Shown here: positions 16,913-26,067 of the stretch, in pieces
Position numbering within the stretch: the first letter of the stretch is position 1
Layout of the letters: each line of letters starts with the position of its first letter
Source: Desulfobacteraceae bacterium
GTDB lineage: Bacteria; Desulfobacterota; Desulfobacteria; Desulfobacterales; Desulfobacteraceae
Direction: 5' to 3'
Assembly (NCBI GenBank): GCA_015493575.1
Contig: WGCX01000320.1
Span: forward strand, 1-45,828
Length of the DNA: 45,828 nt
The notes under the pieces: model-generated
What the model was told of the DNA's origin: nothing
What the model saw: the letters and a program-made list of their open reading frames with translations, nothing else
The model's database searches: none
Made by a program: the position numbers and the translations under genes

Positions 16913-18142
16913 TTAAGGTGCAAATTGTTTAATTTTTTCATTTGCCTCTTTGATGACAGCAGTTAATTCTGATATATTAAGGGGTTTATGCAGATAGGCA
17001 AATGCCCCAAGCTCCATACATTTTCCCCTGTCATCCTCTGAACCATGTTCTGTAAGGATAATAACTTCAATGGAAGGATTGTCCTGTTTAACTCTTCTTA
17101 AAACCTCGATACCGTCAACACCCTTCATTTTCAGATCAAGAACCATAACATCAGGTGGATCGTTTTCAATAAGCTTTAAAGCTGATTCACCATCATGGGC
17201 AACGGCAGAACCCATTTTCCTCAGGATCAGGCGATCTGAAAGGGTTTCAACGAATTCCTGCTCATCATCAACTAACAAAACCCTGGAAGGCAGGGCCATA
17301 TCATATTTTCTGTAAATATCATTTTTTTGGAAATGCTTGCTCACACCTATTTCAATTTCTTCAACGCCGTCCACCTGGGAGACAATGGAGCGCAGCTCTT
17401 TTTCAAGGCGGCCAAGCCTTGTCACATTTTTGTTAATCAGGATATTAATTTTAAAGCGATTGGCGTGGACAATGACATTGTGCCCCTTTGCTGCAAGGGC
17501 AACTTCAACGGTGGCCTGGAGATTAAAATCTCTTATTGCCTGGCGTGACGCGGCATTGGGCTGGAAAATATCATCATCTATGTGGCTGATGATAAGATCA
17601 GAAGCATCTTCAACCGATTCTTTATTCATAGGAATGATGAGATCATAATCCGCAGGATTAAAAGGATCATCAATTTCACAGTATCTTGCAAGCCACTGAA
17701 GCTGTTCCGTATCAAGTTTTTTGATTGCTTTTTCAGCTTCTTTTTTGTTCATTTTATCTGTTGTTTCCATCATTTCTTTTATTCTGGACTGCATGTCTGA
17801 TATAAGGCCTACCCTGTAGAAATGGGTTATCTCCCCTGGGATAAGCTGGGTTGCGTATCCGTTTAAAATAAGATCCCTGCCTGCTGAAACCATGAGCATT
17901 TTTGAAAGAACAAGCTTAATATATGCAAGGGCAAACTGTTTTTCATGGGTAAATCTTTCAAAAACTGATGTTTTAAAGCTGAGTGCTTTTTTTACCTTGG
18001 TTTTATCCATTCCGGAAAGGGTTGCAGCTTCGGAAAGAATCTGGTCAACAGAAGTAAGTTTAAACTCTGTCTTTTCACTTAGCGCACTGATCAGTTTATT
18101 TTCTTTACAGAAGTCAGCGCTGAAAATTGTTATAATTGCCAT
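16913..18142 (-). CDS. Cytidylate-kinase-like (PF13189-type) domain protein fused to a C-terminal receiver domain
   Basis: 409 aa. The N-terminal 190 aa are paralogous by eye to 20187-20987. The C-terminus is a receiver (RVLLVDDEQEF ... DVMVLDLKMKGVDG ... KP). Strong AGGAGG RBS. Confidence 0.7.
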   Translation of the reverse strand: MAIITIFSADFCKENKLISALSEKTEFKLTSVDQILSEAATLSGMDKTKVKKALSFKTSVFERFTHEKQFALAYIKLVLSKMLMVSAGRDLILNGYATQLIPGEITHFYRVGLISDMQSRIKEMMETTDKMNKKEAEKAIKKLDTEQLQWLARYCEIDDPFNPADYDLIIPMNKESVEDASDLIISHIDDDIFQPNAASRQAIRDFNLQATVEVALAAKGHNVIVHANRFKINILINKNVTRLGRLEKELRSIVSQVDGVEEIEIGVSKHFQKNDIYRKYDMALPSRVLLVDDEQEFVETLSDRLILRKMGSAVAHDGESALKLIENDPPDVMVLDLKMKGVDGIEVLRRVKQDNPSIEVIILTEHGSEDDRGKCMELGAFAYLHKPLNISELTAVIKEANEKIKQFAP

Positions 18143-18299
18143 TATTCCTCCTGGTGAATAAACTCAGGGCCCACTCAAAATTAAATTTACATGGCGATCT
18201 TATGATTATCCATAGATGTTGTATCCAAAAAGTATGCCGACACCAAAGGTGAATATTTTCAATATGATTATTTTTTGCATAATTTATGATTAAAGGCAA

Positions 18300-18319
18300 C
18301 TAAGGATCGAAAATTTTAT
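18300..18319 (-). repeat. Family-3 short repeat (AAAATTTTCGATCCTTAG)
   Basis: Matches the motif also seen at 25858, 36341, 37998 and 42084. Confidence 0.5.
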
Positions 18320-18344
18320 TTTGTGCCACTTTATTTTGTGCCAC
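18317..18344 (+). promoter_or_regulatory. Direct repeat TATTTTGTGCCAC x2 (15-nt register), candidate operator
   Basis: Two identical 13-mers at 18317-18329 and 18332-18344, in the divergent control region between the 18142 (-) and 18598 (+) operons. Confidence 0.4.
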
Positions 18345-18391
18345 ATTAATAAGGAACATTGAAAGGGGTAAATAGTTTTTACAAAAACCAT

Positions 18392-18418
18392 TTGACAAGG
18401 TTAAATCAGCAGTATAAT
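18392..18418 (+). promoter_or_regulatory. Putative sigma-70 promoter (TTGACA-N15-TATAAT)
   Basis: Both hexamers match consensus perfectly. The spacer is short at 15 nt. Lies about 180 nt upstream of the TauE gene. Confidence 0.4.
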
Positions 18419-18483
18419 AACACTCAGGCCTTTTAACGTTTCAGATTGAAACCCTTGCTGTTCCAATCTGAAAAAGTGATTTT

Positions 18484-18509
18484 TTATAACCGCCATGGGG
18501 CGGATCGGG
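18484..18509 (-). repeat. Family-1 core hairpin (TTATAACCGCC-ATGG-GGCGGATCGGG)
   Basis: Lies in the predicted 5' leader of the TauE gene. Confidence 0.6.
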
Positions 18510-18597
18510 TTTTGCCCTAAGGATTTGCCTCAAAGAATCACAGATTCTGAGAAAATATGAAATAAACGTAATAAATTGCATTCTATTTCATAAAAAA

Positions 18598-19653
18598 ATG
18601 CAGAGAGAAGAAGATATGGAAAAAGTAAAGAAAAAGAATAGAGGGATGATATGGGGTCTTTTGACAAGTGTTCCTGAATTGACCCTGCTCATTGTGCTGA
18701 TTATAGCAGGTTATGCTGTCATGGGAATTTTCTCAAAAATCCAGCCGACTCAGGTGCTGAACCCGACGGATATGTGGATTATCATTGTTGCTTCCTTTGT
18801 GATCAGTACTGCAATAGCAATGCTTGCCGTTATCGGAGGTATTGGAGGCGGGGTGATTTTTACACCCATCATGCTTGGATTTACACATATAGACAGTCTT
18901 GTGGTCAGGTCAACCGGCCTTGTTGTGGCAATGTTCAGCGGATTGATATCATCGGGTCCTTTTATGAGGACAAAGCTTGCCGATTTAAAACTGGTATTTT
19001 ACTGTGGTGTTCCAATTACTGTTGGAGCTCTTGCAGGAAGTGTTGCTGCCATATATCTGCATAAATACATGGGACCTGTGGGAGATGGTTATGTACGTCT
19101 TTCACTTGGTATTTTAATGCTTGTTGTTGCCTATTTTTTAGTATCCGGCGGCGGTAAAACCGAATACCCTCAACCCAAAAGTATTGATCCTCTTTCAAAA
19201 AAACTCGGACTCAACGGTTTTTACTGGGAAGCATCTCTTGGAAAGGTTGTTCATTATGATCTTACGAATGCTATTCCCGGCGGAATCATGTTTATTGCTC
19301 TCGGGTTTATTGCCGGTTTTTTCGGTCTTGGCGGAGGTGCATTTCTCACGGCGACACTTAATCTTGTCATGATGGCGCCGGTTAAGATAGCTGCAGCCTG
19401 CAGTGGGGTTCTGCTTGCCATCAGTAACGCCACAGCCATATGGACATATATAACATACGGGGCATTGATTGCAATCTTTGCAGCACCCTGGATGCTTGGC
19501 CAGGTTGTGGGCGGAATTCTCGGAGCCTATCTTCTGATCAGGATAAAAGCAGGTTTTGTAAGAAAAGTTTTAATTGTTATTTTACTTGTTTCATCAATCA
19601 AGCTGCTTATGCGTGGAGTTGAGGGAGCATTTGGCATTACTCTGCCCTTTTAA
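18598..19653 (+). CDS. TauE/SafE (DUF81) family membrane protein
   Basis: 351 aa. GGIGGGVIFTPIM and GLGGGAFLTATL signatures in the two halves. The alternative start at 18616 cannot be excluded. Confidence 0.8.
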   Translation: MQREEDMEKVKKKNRGMIWGLLTSVPELTLLIVLIIAGYAVMGIFSKIQPTQVLNPTDMWIIIVASFVISTAIAMLAVIGGIGGGVIFTPIMLGFTHIDSLVVRSTGLVVAMFSGLISSGPFMRTKLADLKLVFYCGVPITVGALAGSVAAIYLHKYMGPVGDGYVRLSLGILMLVVAYFLVSGGGKTEYPQPKSIDPLSKKLGLNGFYWEASLGKVVHYDLTNAIPGGIMFIALGFIAGFFGLGGGAFLTATLNLVMMAPVKIAAACSGVLLAISNATAIWTYITYGALIAIFAAPWMLGQVVGGILGAYLLIRIKAGFVRKVLIVILLVSSIKLLMRGVEGAFGITLPF

Positions 19654-19664
19654 AGGAGGAAAAC

Positions 19665-20087
19665 ATGGAAGAAGAAAAACCTAAAGCGCAGCTTGCTGCA
19701 TTAATATATGGAGAGATTGTTTACTGGGGCGTTTTACTGGGATCTGTAATCGTAATTATCGGGTCTGTACTGGCATTTTTCGGGAATAATTATGTACCTG
19801 CATCATATTGGCTTTCTGCAATATGGAAGGGAGAGTCAGTTCACGAGATATGGAAGGGAGCAACCGGAGCCCTGCCAATGGGGCACTGGTATCTTGCTCA
19901 CTTAACCACTGGTGACGGATTGACCGCTTTTGGACTTTCGCTCGGTGTTTTTGCCGTTCTGCCGGCACTTCTTCTCTCTTCGGCAGCTCTTTTTAAGGAT
20001 AAGGACGTAGTGTACGGCACTCTGGCACTCATCGGTGGGATTGTTGTCTTAATTGCAGTTCTTGGAATAATTCCAATGCCCTCATAA
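19665..20087 (+). CDS. DUF1634-like small membrane protein (usual partner of DUF81 permeases)
   Basis: 140 aa with 3-4 TM segments, immediately downstream of the DUF81 gene, with an AGGAGG RBS. The family call rests on architecture and context. Confidence 0.55.
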   Translation: MEEEKPKAQLAALIYGEIVYWGVLLGSVIVIIGSVLAFFGNNYVPASYWLSAIWKGESVHEIWKGATGALPMGHWYLAHLTTGDGLTAFGLSLGVFAVLPALLLSSAALFKDKDVVYGTLALIGGIVVLIAVLGIIPMPS

Positions 20088-20186
20088 TTCGTAATATAAT
20101 ATTTATGATATCAACAACTTAACATAATATTAATCGATAAAATTAAGAAATTATAGATTTCAGCATATAATACAAAGGAGGATTTC

Positions 20187-20987
20187 ATGCCTGTTATTAC
20201 CATTACCAGGGCTTCTTACAGTCACGGGCGAATGATTGCGGAAAAAGTGGCGCGTGAGCTGGACTATCAATGTATTTCACAGGAAATTATAAGTCTTGCT
20301 TCACAGCAATATGATATTCCGGAAAACTGGTTGAGGCAGGCAATAGAAGATGCACCTTCGCTTTTTGACCATTTCAGTTATGGTAAGAAAAAATATCTGG
20401 CATATATCAGGTCTGCACTTCTCGAATATGCAGCAGGGGATAATATTGTTTACCACGGCCTTGCAGGTCATCTCCTGCTTGAAGGTGTTCCAAATGTTTT
20501 AAGGGTTATTATCTCTGCAAATATTGAGGAACGTGTCAAAATAGAGGTGGAAAGGAAAAAAGTATCAGAAAACGAAGCTAAAAAAAATATCAAAAAGTTT
20601 GATAAAGAAAGAAAAAAATGGGCAGATTACTTCTACGATAAAGACCCCTGGAATACGAGTATGTATGATCTTGCCCTTGTTATCGGTGGAATGTCAGTTG
20701 ATGATGCCGTTCAAAGAATTATAGAGACCGTGAAACTTCCTGCCTTTCAAACCACAGAAGAATCTAAGCACATCCTGAAACAAAACAGCCTTGCAGCAAA
20801 GATGAAGTCAGATTTGATGAATTTTTATTCTGATATTGATGTGGTTGTCGAGGATAGTAATATTGTTGTACGTATCGAGAGGAGTTTAAAGCAGGAAGAA
20901 GCTGTAGTTGAAGATATTAATTCCATAATTGCTGAAATGGAGATTCCCGAAGAACAGGATATCCTTGTGAATGTAATATCTGTCTGA
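20187..20987 (+). CDS. Cytidylate-kinase-like family protein
   Basis: 266 aa. N-terminal PVITITRASYSHGRMIAEKVARELDY, plus RVIISANIEERV and ERKKWADYFY blocks typical of the Cytidylate_kin2-type family. Confidence 0.7.
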   Translation: MPVITITRASYSHGRMIAEKVARELDYQCISQEIISLASQQYDIPENWLRQAIEDAPSLFDHFSYGKKKYLAYIRSALLEYAAGDNIVYHGLAGHLLLEGVPNVLRVIISANIEERVKIEVERKKVSENEAKKNIKKFDKERKKWADYFYDKDPWNTSMYDLALVIGGMSVDDAVQRIIETVKLPAFQTTEESKHILKQNSLAAKMKSDLMNFYSDIDVVVEDSNIVVRIERSLKQEEAVVEDINSIIAEMEIPEEQDILVNVISV

Positions 20988-21084
20988 CAGACCATAATTC
21001 ATGTAATCAGATGTTTGTAAGAGCTCTGGTTTTTTTCCATAACAGCATTGCAAATCCGGGATAGTAATTTAAGGAAGAACGGCA

Positions 21085-22485
21085 ATGAAAGTAGTTCATA
21101 AAATAATCATAGGTAATGCTCTTGCTATTATCTCCATTGCTCTTGTGGCTGTTTTTTCCTATCATGAATTCAACCTTATCCAAGATAAACTCCATTTTGT
21201 TGAAATAGCAGACACTTTTAATGCATCTTTATTAAAGATGAGGCTTTCAGAAAAGAACTATTTTTTATATGGTGACAAATCAGCCGTTTTGAGAATTAAA
21301 AATGAATTAGTTAAAAACGGGGAGATGATTCAAAGCCTTAAATTTAATATTATCAAGTCTGTTGGCAGGCAGGAGTTTGATAAACTGCTTGGGTTTTTTA
21401 ATAATTATAAAAATGAAATTTTAAAAATAGAAACTGCCGGCAGTCCAAAAAGTATGGAAGCTGATGTACGGGATGCAGGTCATGCTTTAAAACGTTTTTC
21501 AGAGAATATAACAAGGCTTGAGAGAAAAAAAGTTAATAAGATTATTTCCGCTTCAAGAAAAACATTGTTATACTTTTTCTGTATCATAATTTTTACTGCC
21601 ATTGCAGCAACCTACCTGTTTTTCTCCAAATTGTTCAGATCTTTAAGGAAAATTGAGAAAACTGCTAAAGCCATTTCAAAGGGAAGTTTTGAAAAAATAA
21701 ACGAAAAGATATCTAACGATGAATTCGGTTCTGTCATGCTTGCTGTAAATTCCATGAGTGAAGAACTCCAGAATCGTGAAGATCAGCTTGTTCAATCTAA
21801 AAAACTTGCCTCCCTTGGTATCCTTACCGCAGGGGTTGCCCATGAACTTGGTAATCCACTTAATAACATTTCAATGATTGCCCAGACATACTTAACTCTC
21901 TACGACAAACTGCCCGATGAGGACAGACTGGATTATGTCAATACGGTTCTCAGCGAAGCAGAGAGGATAAAGGATATTGTTCAGGATCTTCTCGATTTTT
22001 CCAAACCCAAGGGGAAGGACTTTAATATTGCATCCTTGAACAGCGTAATCAGAAATTCCCACAGGCTGGTTAATAATATGCTCCATGTTTCAGGAATAAA
22101 AAGCGAATTTGACCTTCAGAAAGATCTGCCGCCTGTTTTTATTGATAAAAATAAAATTCAGGAGGTGATCGTTAATCTTGAAACCAATGCCATTCAGGCC
22201 ATGTCTCCCGGAGGTATGCTTTTTGTTAAAACAAGATATAAAGAAAATGATAAATATATAACAATTGAAGTCAAAGATACAGGTAAAGGAATTGAGACTG
22301 AGTATCTCAATAATATTTTTGATCCTTTTTTCAGCACAAAGGGAACAGAAGGTACAGGGCTCGGGTTATCCATAGTTTACGGGATCATAGAGAAACATAA
22401 AGGAAAAATTAACGTAAAAAGCGAAATTGGAGTTGGAACAACTTTTATTATAGAATTACCAGTTTACACTTTAAAGGAGGATTAA
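21085..22485 (+). CDS. Sensor histidine kinase (TM, HAMP, HisKA, HATPase)
   Basis: H-box AHELGNPLNNI, and DTGKGI and GTGLGLS boxes. Same architecture as 6608-8086. Confidence 0.85.
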   Translation: MKVVHKIIIGNALAIISIALVAVFSYHEFNLIQDKLHFVEIADTFNASLLKMRLSEKNYFLYGDKSAVLRIKNELVKNGEMIQSLKFNIIKSVGRQEFDKLLGFFNNYKNEILKIETAGSPKSMEADVRDAGHALKRFSENITRLERKKVNKIISASRKTLLYFFCIIIFTAIAATYLFFSKLFRSLRKIEKTAKAISKGSFEKINEKISNDEFGSVMLAVNSMSEELQNREDQLVQSKKLASLGILTAGVAHELGNPLNNISMIAQTYLTLYDKLPDEDRLDYVNTVLSEAERIKDIVQDLLDFSKPKGKDFNIASLNSVIRNSHRLVNNMLHVSGIKSEFDLQKDLPPVFIDKNKIQEVIVNLETNAIQAMSPGGMLFVKTRYKENDKYITIEVKDTGKGIETEYLNNIFDPFFSTKGTEGTGLGLSIVYGIIEKHKGKINVKSEIGVGTTFIIELPVYTLKED

Positions 22486-22486
22486 G

Positions 22487-22855
22487 ATGGGCAGCGGTTA
22501 CAGAATAATGGCAATTGATGATGAGAATATTGTCGGGAAAATGATAAAAGCAAATTTTGAGCCTGACGGGTATATTGTTGAAGTTTTCCTAAACGCAAAG
22601 CCGGCTCTTGAACGTTTAAATGAAGAAAAATTTGATCTTGTAATTACTGATCTGAAAATGAAAGATATTGATGGCATGGAAGTGCTTCAAACAATAAAAA
22701 AAGAATCTCCTGAGACCAAGGTGATAATGGTTACAGCTTTTGCCAGCATGGATACGTCAATAAAGGCGTTTCGTGGAAAAGCCGATGATTTCTTTGCCAA
22801 ACCGATAAAAATTGCAGATCTCAAGGCCTGCGTTAAAAAATTACTGGATAAATAA
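22487..22855 (+). CDS. Single-domain response regulator (CheY-like)
   Basis: 122 aa. IMAIDDE ... DLVITDLKMKDIDG ... KP. Starts 1 nt after the kinase stop. Confidence 0.9.
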   Translation: MGSGYRIMAIDDENIVGKMIKANFEPDGYIVEVFLNAKPALERLNEEKFDLVITDLKMKDIDGMEVLQTIKKESPETKVIMVTAFASMDTSIKAFRGKADDFFAKPIKIADLKACVKKLLDK

Positions 22856-23306
22856 GAAGATCTACACGCCTTAACTCATCTATGCCTGCAGCCCTTTCAT
22901 GGGCTGCAGTTAAGGAAGTGCCATTTCTTTCACTTCCTGCTGATAATTTCCTGCGACTTTTTGTCATGCATTCGTAAAACAGATAATCTTTCCCCTGGGA
23001 TGTCTGTTGTTATTCTTTCTTAACTTTTCATCCCTTATCTCTTTCTTGTGTTTAATCCATCTTTCCTGTATGGTTTTCATAAATTATTGGCTGGTTCAAA
23101 GAACATTTTCTTCAGTAAATGATAGTACGCTTTATGTGTTGAATCCTGTATATAAATCCTGTTGCCAGAAAACAGCGATTATGGTAAATCCGAATCGTTT
23201 ATATCCATTAAATGTGCAAATGGGGTTATTATCAGGATTTGGTCCTGCAGGTGCCTGAATAAGGTTTATGCTTAATATGCAATAAAATACCCGGGAAAAT
23301 TGAAAA

Positions 23307-24776
23307 TTGAAACAAAAACGACTTGACACAGAGGAAAGGGAATTTTTCAGGATGGTTTACCATGCTGCATTTGCAAATCCTTTCAGCGATTTAAGGGAAA
23401 AGCTTGATTTAAAAATTGCAGGACTTTTCCCGTCGGTATCAAGGCGGGAGAGTATAAACAGATGCATAGAAGAAGTCCATAAGCGGATAAAGCACCTTGA
23501 AGATGAGGGCAGGGGGGATATTAATGCATTCAGGGGGCAGGATAAGACCATTATTAAAATCGTTTTTCTCTTTGATATTTTTCACAAGTTCCGGGATAAA
23601 TTTGATCAACTGATTGATGATCAGATCAAAAAAGGCGATGCTTCTGTTCCGGTAACCTTTGCCAATGAAGCCATGGCTATGCTCTGTAAGCGCGGGATAC
23701 CTGAGAATAGTACACTCCATTATTTTAACCTCTCCTATCAGTTAAGACGGGCTTTTTTTTTTATCTCCCATTCACTTGTGGGAAAAAGTCCCTGTATGAG
23801 AGAGTTGCGAAATAATTTATGGAACAATGTGTTTACACATAATATAGATCTTTATGATAAATTTTTATGGAATAAAATGGAGGATTTTTCCACACTTATT
23901 CTTGGGGAAACAGGAACTGGTAAAGGGACTGCCGCCATGGCCATAGGCAGGAGCGGTTATATCCCCTTTAATATTAAAAAAGGAATTTTCAGTGAAAGTT
24001 TTACAAAGGCCTTCAGTTCGTTGAACCTTTCCCAGTTTCCGGAAACACTGCTTGAGTCGGAGCTTTTCGGGCACAAAAAAGGGGCGTTTACAGGTGCCGT
24101 GGATGACTATAAAGGTGTATTTGACAGGTGCAGTCCTTATGGATCAATTCTTCTCGATGAAATAGGGGAAGTCCCGGCCCATGTTCAGATAAAATTGCTT
24201 CAGGTTCTGCAGGAAAGGGTGCTTACTCCGGTTGGTGGTCATACGAAATCAAGGTTTCACGGCAGGGTTATTGCCGCTACAAACAGGACAATTGATGATA
24301 TCACGGGAGGAAATGTGTTCAGGGATGATTTTTACTATCGTCTGTGCTCGGATATCATTGAAATGCCACCGTTAAGAAAAAGAATAGACCAGGATGAATC
24401 GGAACTGGATGATCTGCTGTCATTTACCATTGAAAAAATGACAGGATACCTGTCTGATGAGCTGATTAAGAGAGTCAAAAGGGTTATTGACAAACGACTT
24501 GGAAAAAATTATCACTGGCCTGGAAATGTAAGGGAACTTGAGCAGTGTGTAAGACGAGTCCTTTTAAGACAGAACTATAAAGGGGAGAAGAAAAGAAAGG
24601 CAGCAGGGCTTAAGAATATTCTTATTCAGGGAATACAAAAAGGTGATATAGATGCGCAAAGCCTGATATCAGGTTATTGTACCCTTGTTTATCATAAATA
24701 TGGAAATTACAGTGAGACTGCAAGAATAACAGGCTTAGACAGAAGAACAGTTAAAAAATATATTGACGAAGCCTGA
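23307..24776 (+). CDS. Sigma-54 interaction domain transcriptional activator without a receiver domain
   Basis: GETGTGKG Walker A, ESELFGHKKGAFTGA loop, and a C-terminal HTH (ETARITGLDRRTVKKYI). The track start is a TTG, and conserved N-terminal sequence begins before the first ATG at 23352. Confidence 0.85.
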   Translation: MKQKRLDTEEREFFRMVYHAAFANPFSDLREKLDLKIAGLFPSVSRRESINRCIEEVHKRIKHLEDEGRGDINAFRGQDKTIIKIVFLFDIFHKFRDKFDQLIDDQIKKGDASVPVTFANEAMAMLCKRGIPENSTLHYFNLSYQLRRAFFFISHSLVGKSPCMRELRNNLWNNVFTHNIDLYDKFLWNKMEDFSTLILGETGTGKGTAAMAIGRSGYIPFNIKKGIFSESFTKAFSSLNLSQFPETLLESELFGHKKGAFTGAVDDYKGVFDRCSPYGSILLDEIGEVPAHVQIKLLQVLQERVLTPVGGHTKSRFHGRVIAATNRTIDDITGGNVFRDDFYYRLCSDIIEMPPLRKRIDQDESELDDLLSFTIEKMTGYLSDELIKRVKRVIDKRLGKNYHWPGNVRELEQCVRRVLLRQNYKGEKKRKAAGLKNILIQGIQKGDIDAQSLISGYCTLVYHKYGNYSETARITGLDRRTVKKYIDEA

Positions 24777-24795
24777 TCAGGGCAGGTAAGAGCCA

Positions 24796-24874
24796 GGGCG
24801 GACGATGACGGTAAAACCCATTTGCCTGTCTCCGGTTTTTTGTTTTTTCCACAGGAATTGAAGAGTAATGCACT
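24796..24874 (+). repeat. Family-2 element, degenerate copy
   Basis: The right two-thirds (AACCCATTTGCCTG ... CAGGAATTGAAGAGTAATGCACT) match the family. The left GC hairpin has decayed. Confidence 0.55.
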
Positions 24875-24888
24875 AAAATTCTGTATAT

Positions 24889-25863
24889 GTGCTGCTGATG
24901 AGCGATGAACACAAACAGACAAAATACAGGATCAATCGATTACAGGATAAAAGAATGCTTGATTTTTTACCGGGTTTTTTAAAAGGGATATTTTCATTTT
25001 TAATTTATACGTTGAATACGCTTGTTTTATGCACCGTTCTTTTTTCAGTGGCTTTACTTAAACTTATTGTAAGAGTACCCTGGTTTAAAAGCGTATGCGA
25101 CAGAATTTTAAATTTTATTGTATCTTGCTGGATCAGTATCAATTCTTTAAGCTCGGATTTTTTTAATTCCATAAAATGGGATATCAGGGGACTTGAAAAA
25201 CTTAAACGCAGGGAATGGTATCTTGTCCTTTCCAATCACCAGTCATGGGCAGATATTCTGGTACTTCAGAGGATTTTTAACAGAAAAATTCCCATGTTGA
25301 AATTTTTTTTAAAACAGGAACTCATTTGGGTGCCTGTTCTCGGTATTGCATGGTGGGCACTTGATTTCCCTTTTATGAAACGTTATTCAAAGCAATTTCT
25401 CGCAACTCATCCACATTGTCAGGGACAGGATCTTAAGCGCACAAAAGCAGCATGTGAAAAATTTATGACCATACCGGTATCAATTATGAATTTTGTTGAA
25501 GGTACCCGCTATACAGAAGAAAAACATAAGAAACAGAAATCTCAATATAAGTATCTGCTTAATCCGAGAGCCGGTGGGATCGCCTTTGTACTGGGCGCAA
25601 TGGAGGATTGTATTCATAATATAATTAATGTAACCATAGTCTATCCTGAAGGAGCCGACAGTTTCTGGGGGTTTATTTCAGGACGTGTGAGACATATTAT
25701 AGTAGATATTGAGCTTGTGCCGGTCACCCGGAATATTACAGGAGACTATTTCAACGATATTGCGTTTAGAAATTATTTTTGTTTATGGATTAATGAGTTG
25801 TGGCGCAGGAAAGATCATTTGATAGAAAGAATAAAGAATGAAAAATCCATCGGTAAATTATAA
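24889..25863 (+). CDS. yihG: YihG-like lysophospholipid acyltransferase (PlsC family)
   Basis: NHQSWADI is the HX4D motif. The long colinear match recalled from E. coli YihG includes KFFLKQELIWVPVLGIAWWALDFPFMKRYS and NFVEGTRYT. The true start may be 24898 or 24955. Confidence 0.8.
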   Translation: MLLMSDEHKQTKYRINRLQDKRMLDFLPGFLKGIFSFLIYTLNTLVLCTVLFSVALLKLIVRVPWFKSVCDRILNFIVSCWISINSLSSDFFNSIKWDIRGLEKLKRREWYLVLSNHQSWADILVLQRIFNRKIPMLKFFLKQELIWVPVLGIAWWALDFPFMKRYSKQFLATHPHCQGQDLKRTKAACEKFMTIPVSIMNFVEGTRYTEEKHKKQKSQYKYLLNPRAGGIAFVLGAMEDCIHNIINVTIVYPEGADSFWGFISGRVRHIIVDIELVPVTRNITGDYFNDIAFRNYFCLWINELWRRKDHLIERIKNEKSIGKL

Positions 25864-25899
25864 AATTTTCGATCCTAAGGGTGTTTAAAAGGATTATTG
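25858..25899 (+). repeat. Family-3 repeat, long version (TTATAAAATTTTCGATCCTAAG ... GGATTATTG)
   Basis: Aligns by eye with 42084-42124. Overlaps the yihG stop codon. Confidence 0.6.
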
Positions 25900-25944
25900 T
25901 TTATATTTTTTAGTATATCGTCTTTTTTAAAAATAATATGTCAA

Positions 25945-26020
25945 AGCGGGCGATGCCCGCAACCCATTTACCTCTCCCAAATTTCTTGTTTTTTTTACAG
26001 GAATTGAGGAGTAAGGCACT
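25945..26020 (+). repeat. Family-2 element (two-hairpin, AA-flanked)
   Basis: AGCGGGCGATGCCCGC hairpin, then AACCCAT, then a second hairpin ending GTAAGGCACT. AA on both flanks. Confidence 0.75.
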
Positions 26021-26067
26021 AAGGGCCTGTACGGATCTATTCTTTTATAAGAAACTTGCTTCGATCC

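Noticed and set aside
18323-18344. GTGGCAC (minus strand) within the 13-mer direct repeats, considered as a sigma-54 -24 element
   Set aside because: No GC or TTGC -12 element occurs at the required spacing in either copy (AAAG and AAAA instead).
23240-23255. Sigma-54 promoter-like TGGTCC-N5-GGTGC upstream of the sigma-54 activator gene
   Set aside because: The GG-N10-GC spacing is correct, but both elements deviate from TGGCAC and TTGC. A chance match is likely in 450 nt, so I do not report it as a feature.
23007-23258. 83-aa plus-strand and 65-aa minus-strand ORFs in the 450-nt gap upstream of the sigma-54 activator
   Set aside because: The translations are hydrophobic and low-complexity, with no RBS and no motifs. 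The region more likely holds promoter or leader sequence and hairpins, such as CTGCAGCCC/GGGCTGCAG at 22886-22909.
25866-25880. TTCGATCC in family-3 repeats, considered as a tRNA T-arm or tRNA gene fragment
   Set aside because: No acceptor, D or anticodon arms can be drawn around any copy, and the flanks are AT-rich repeat sequence.
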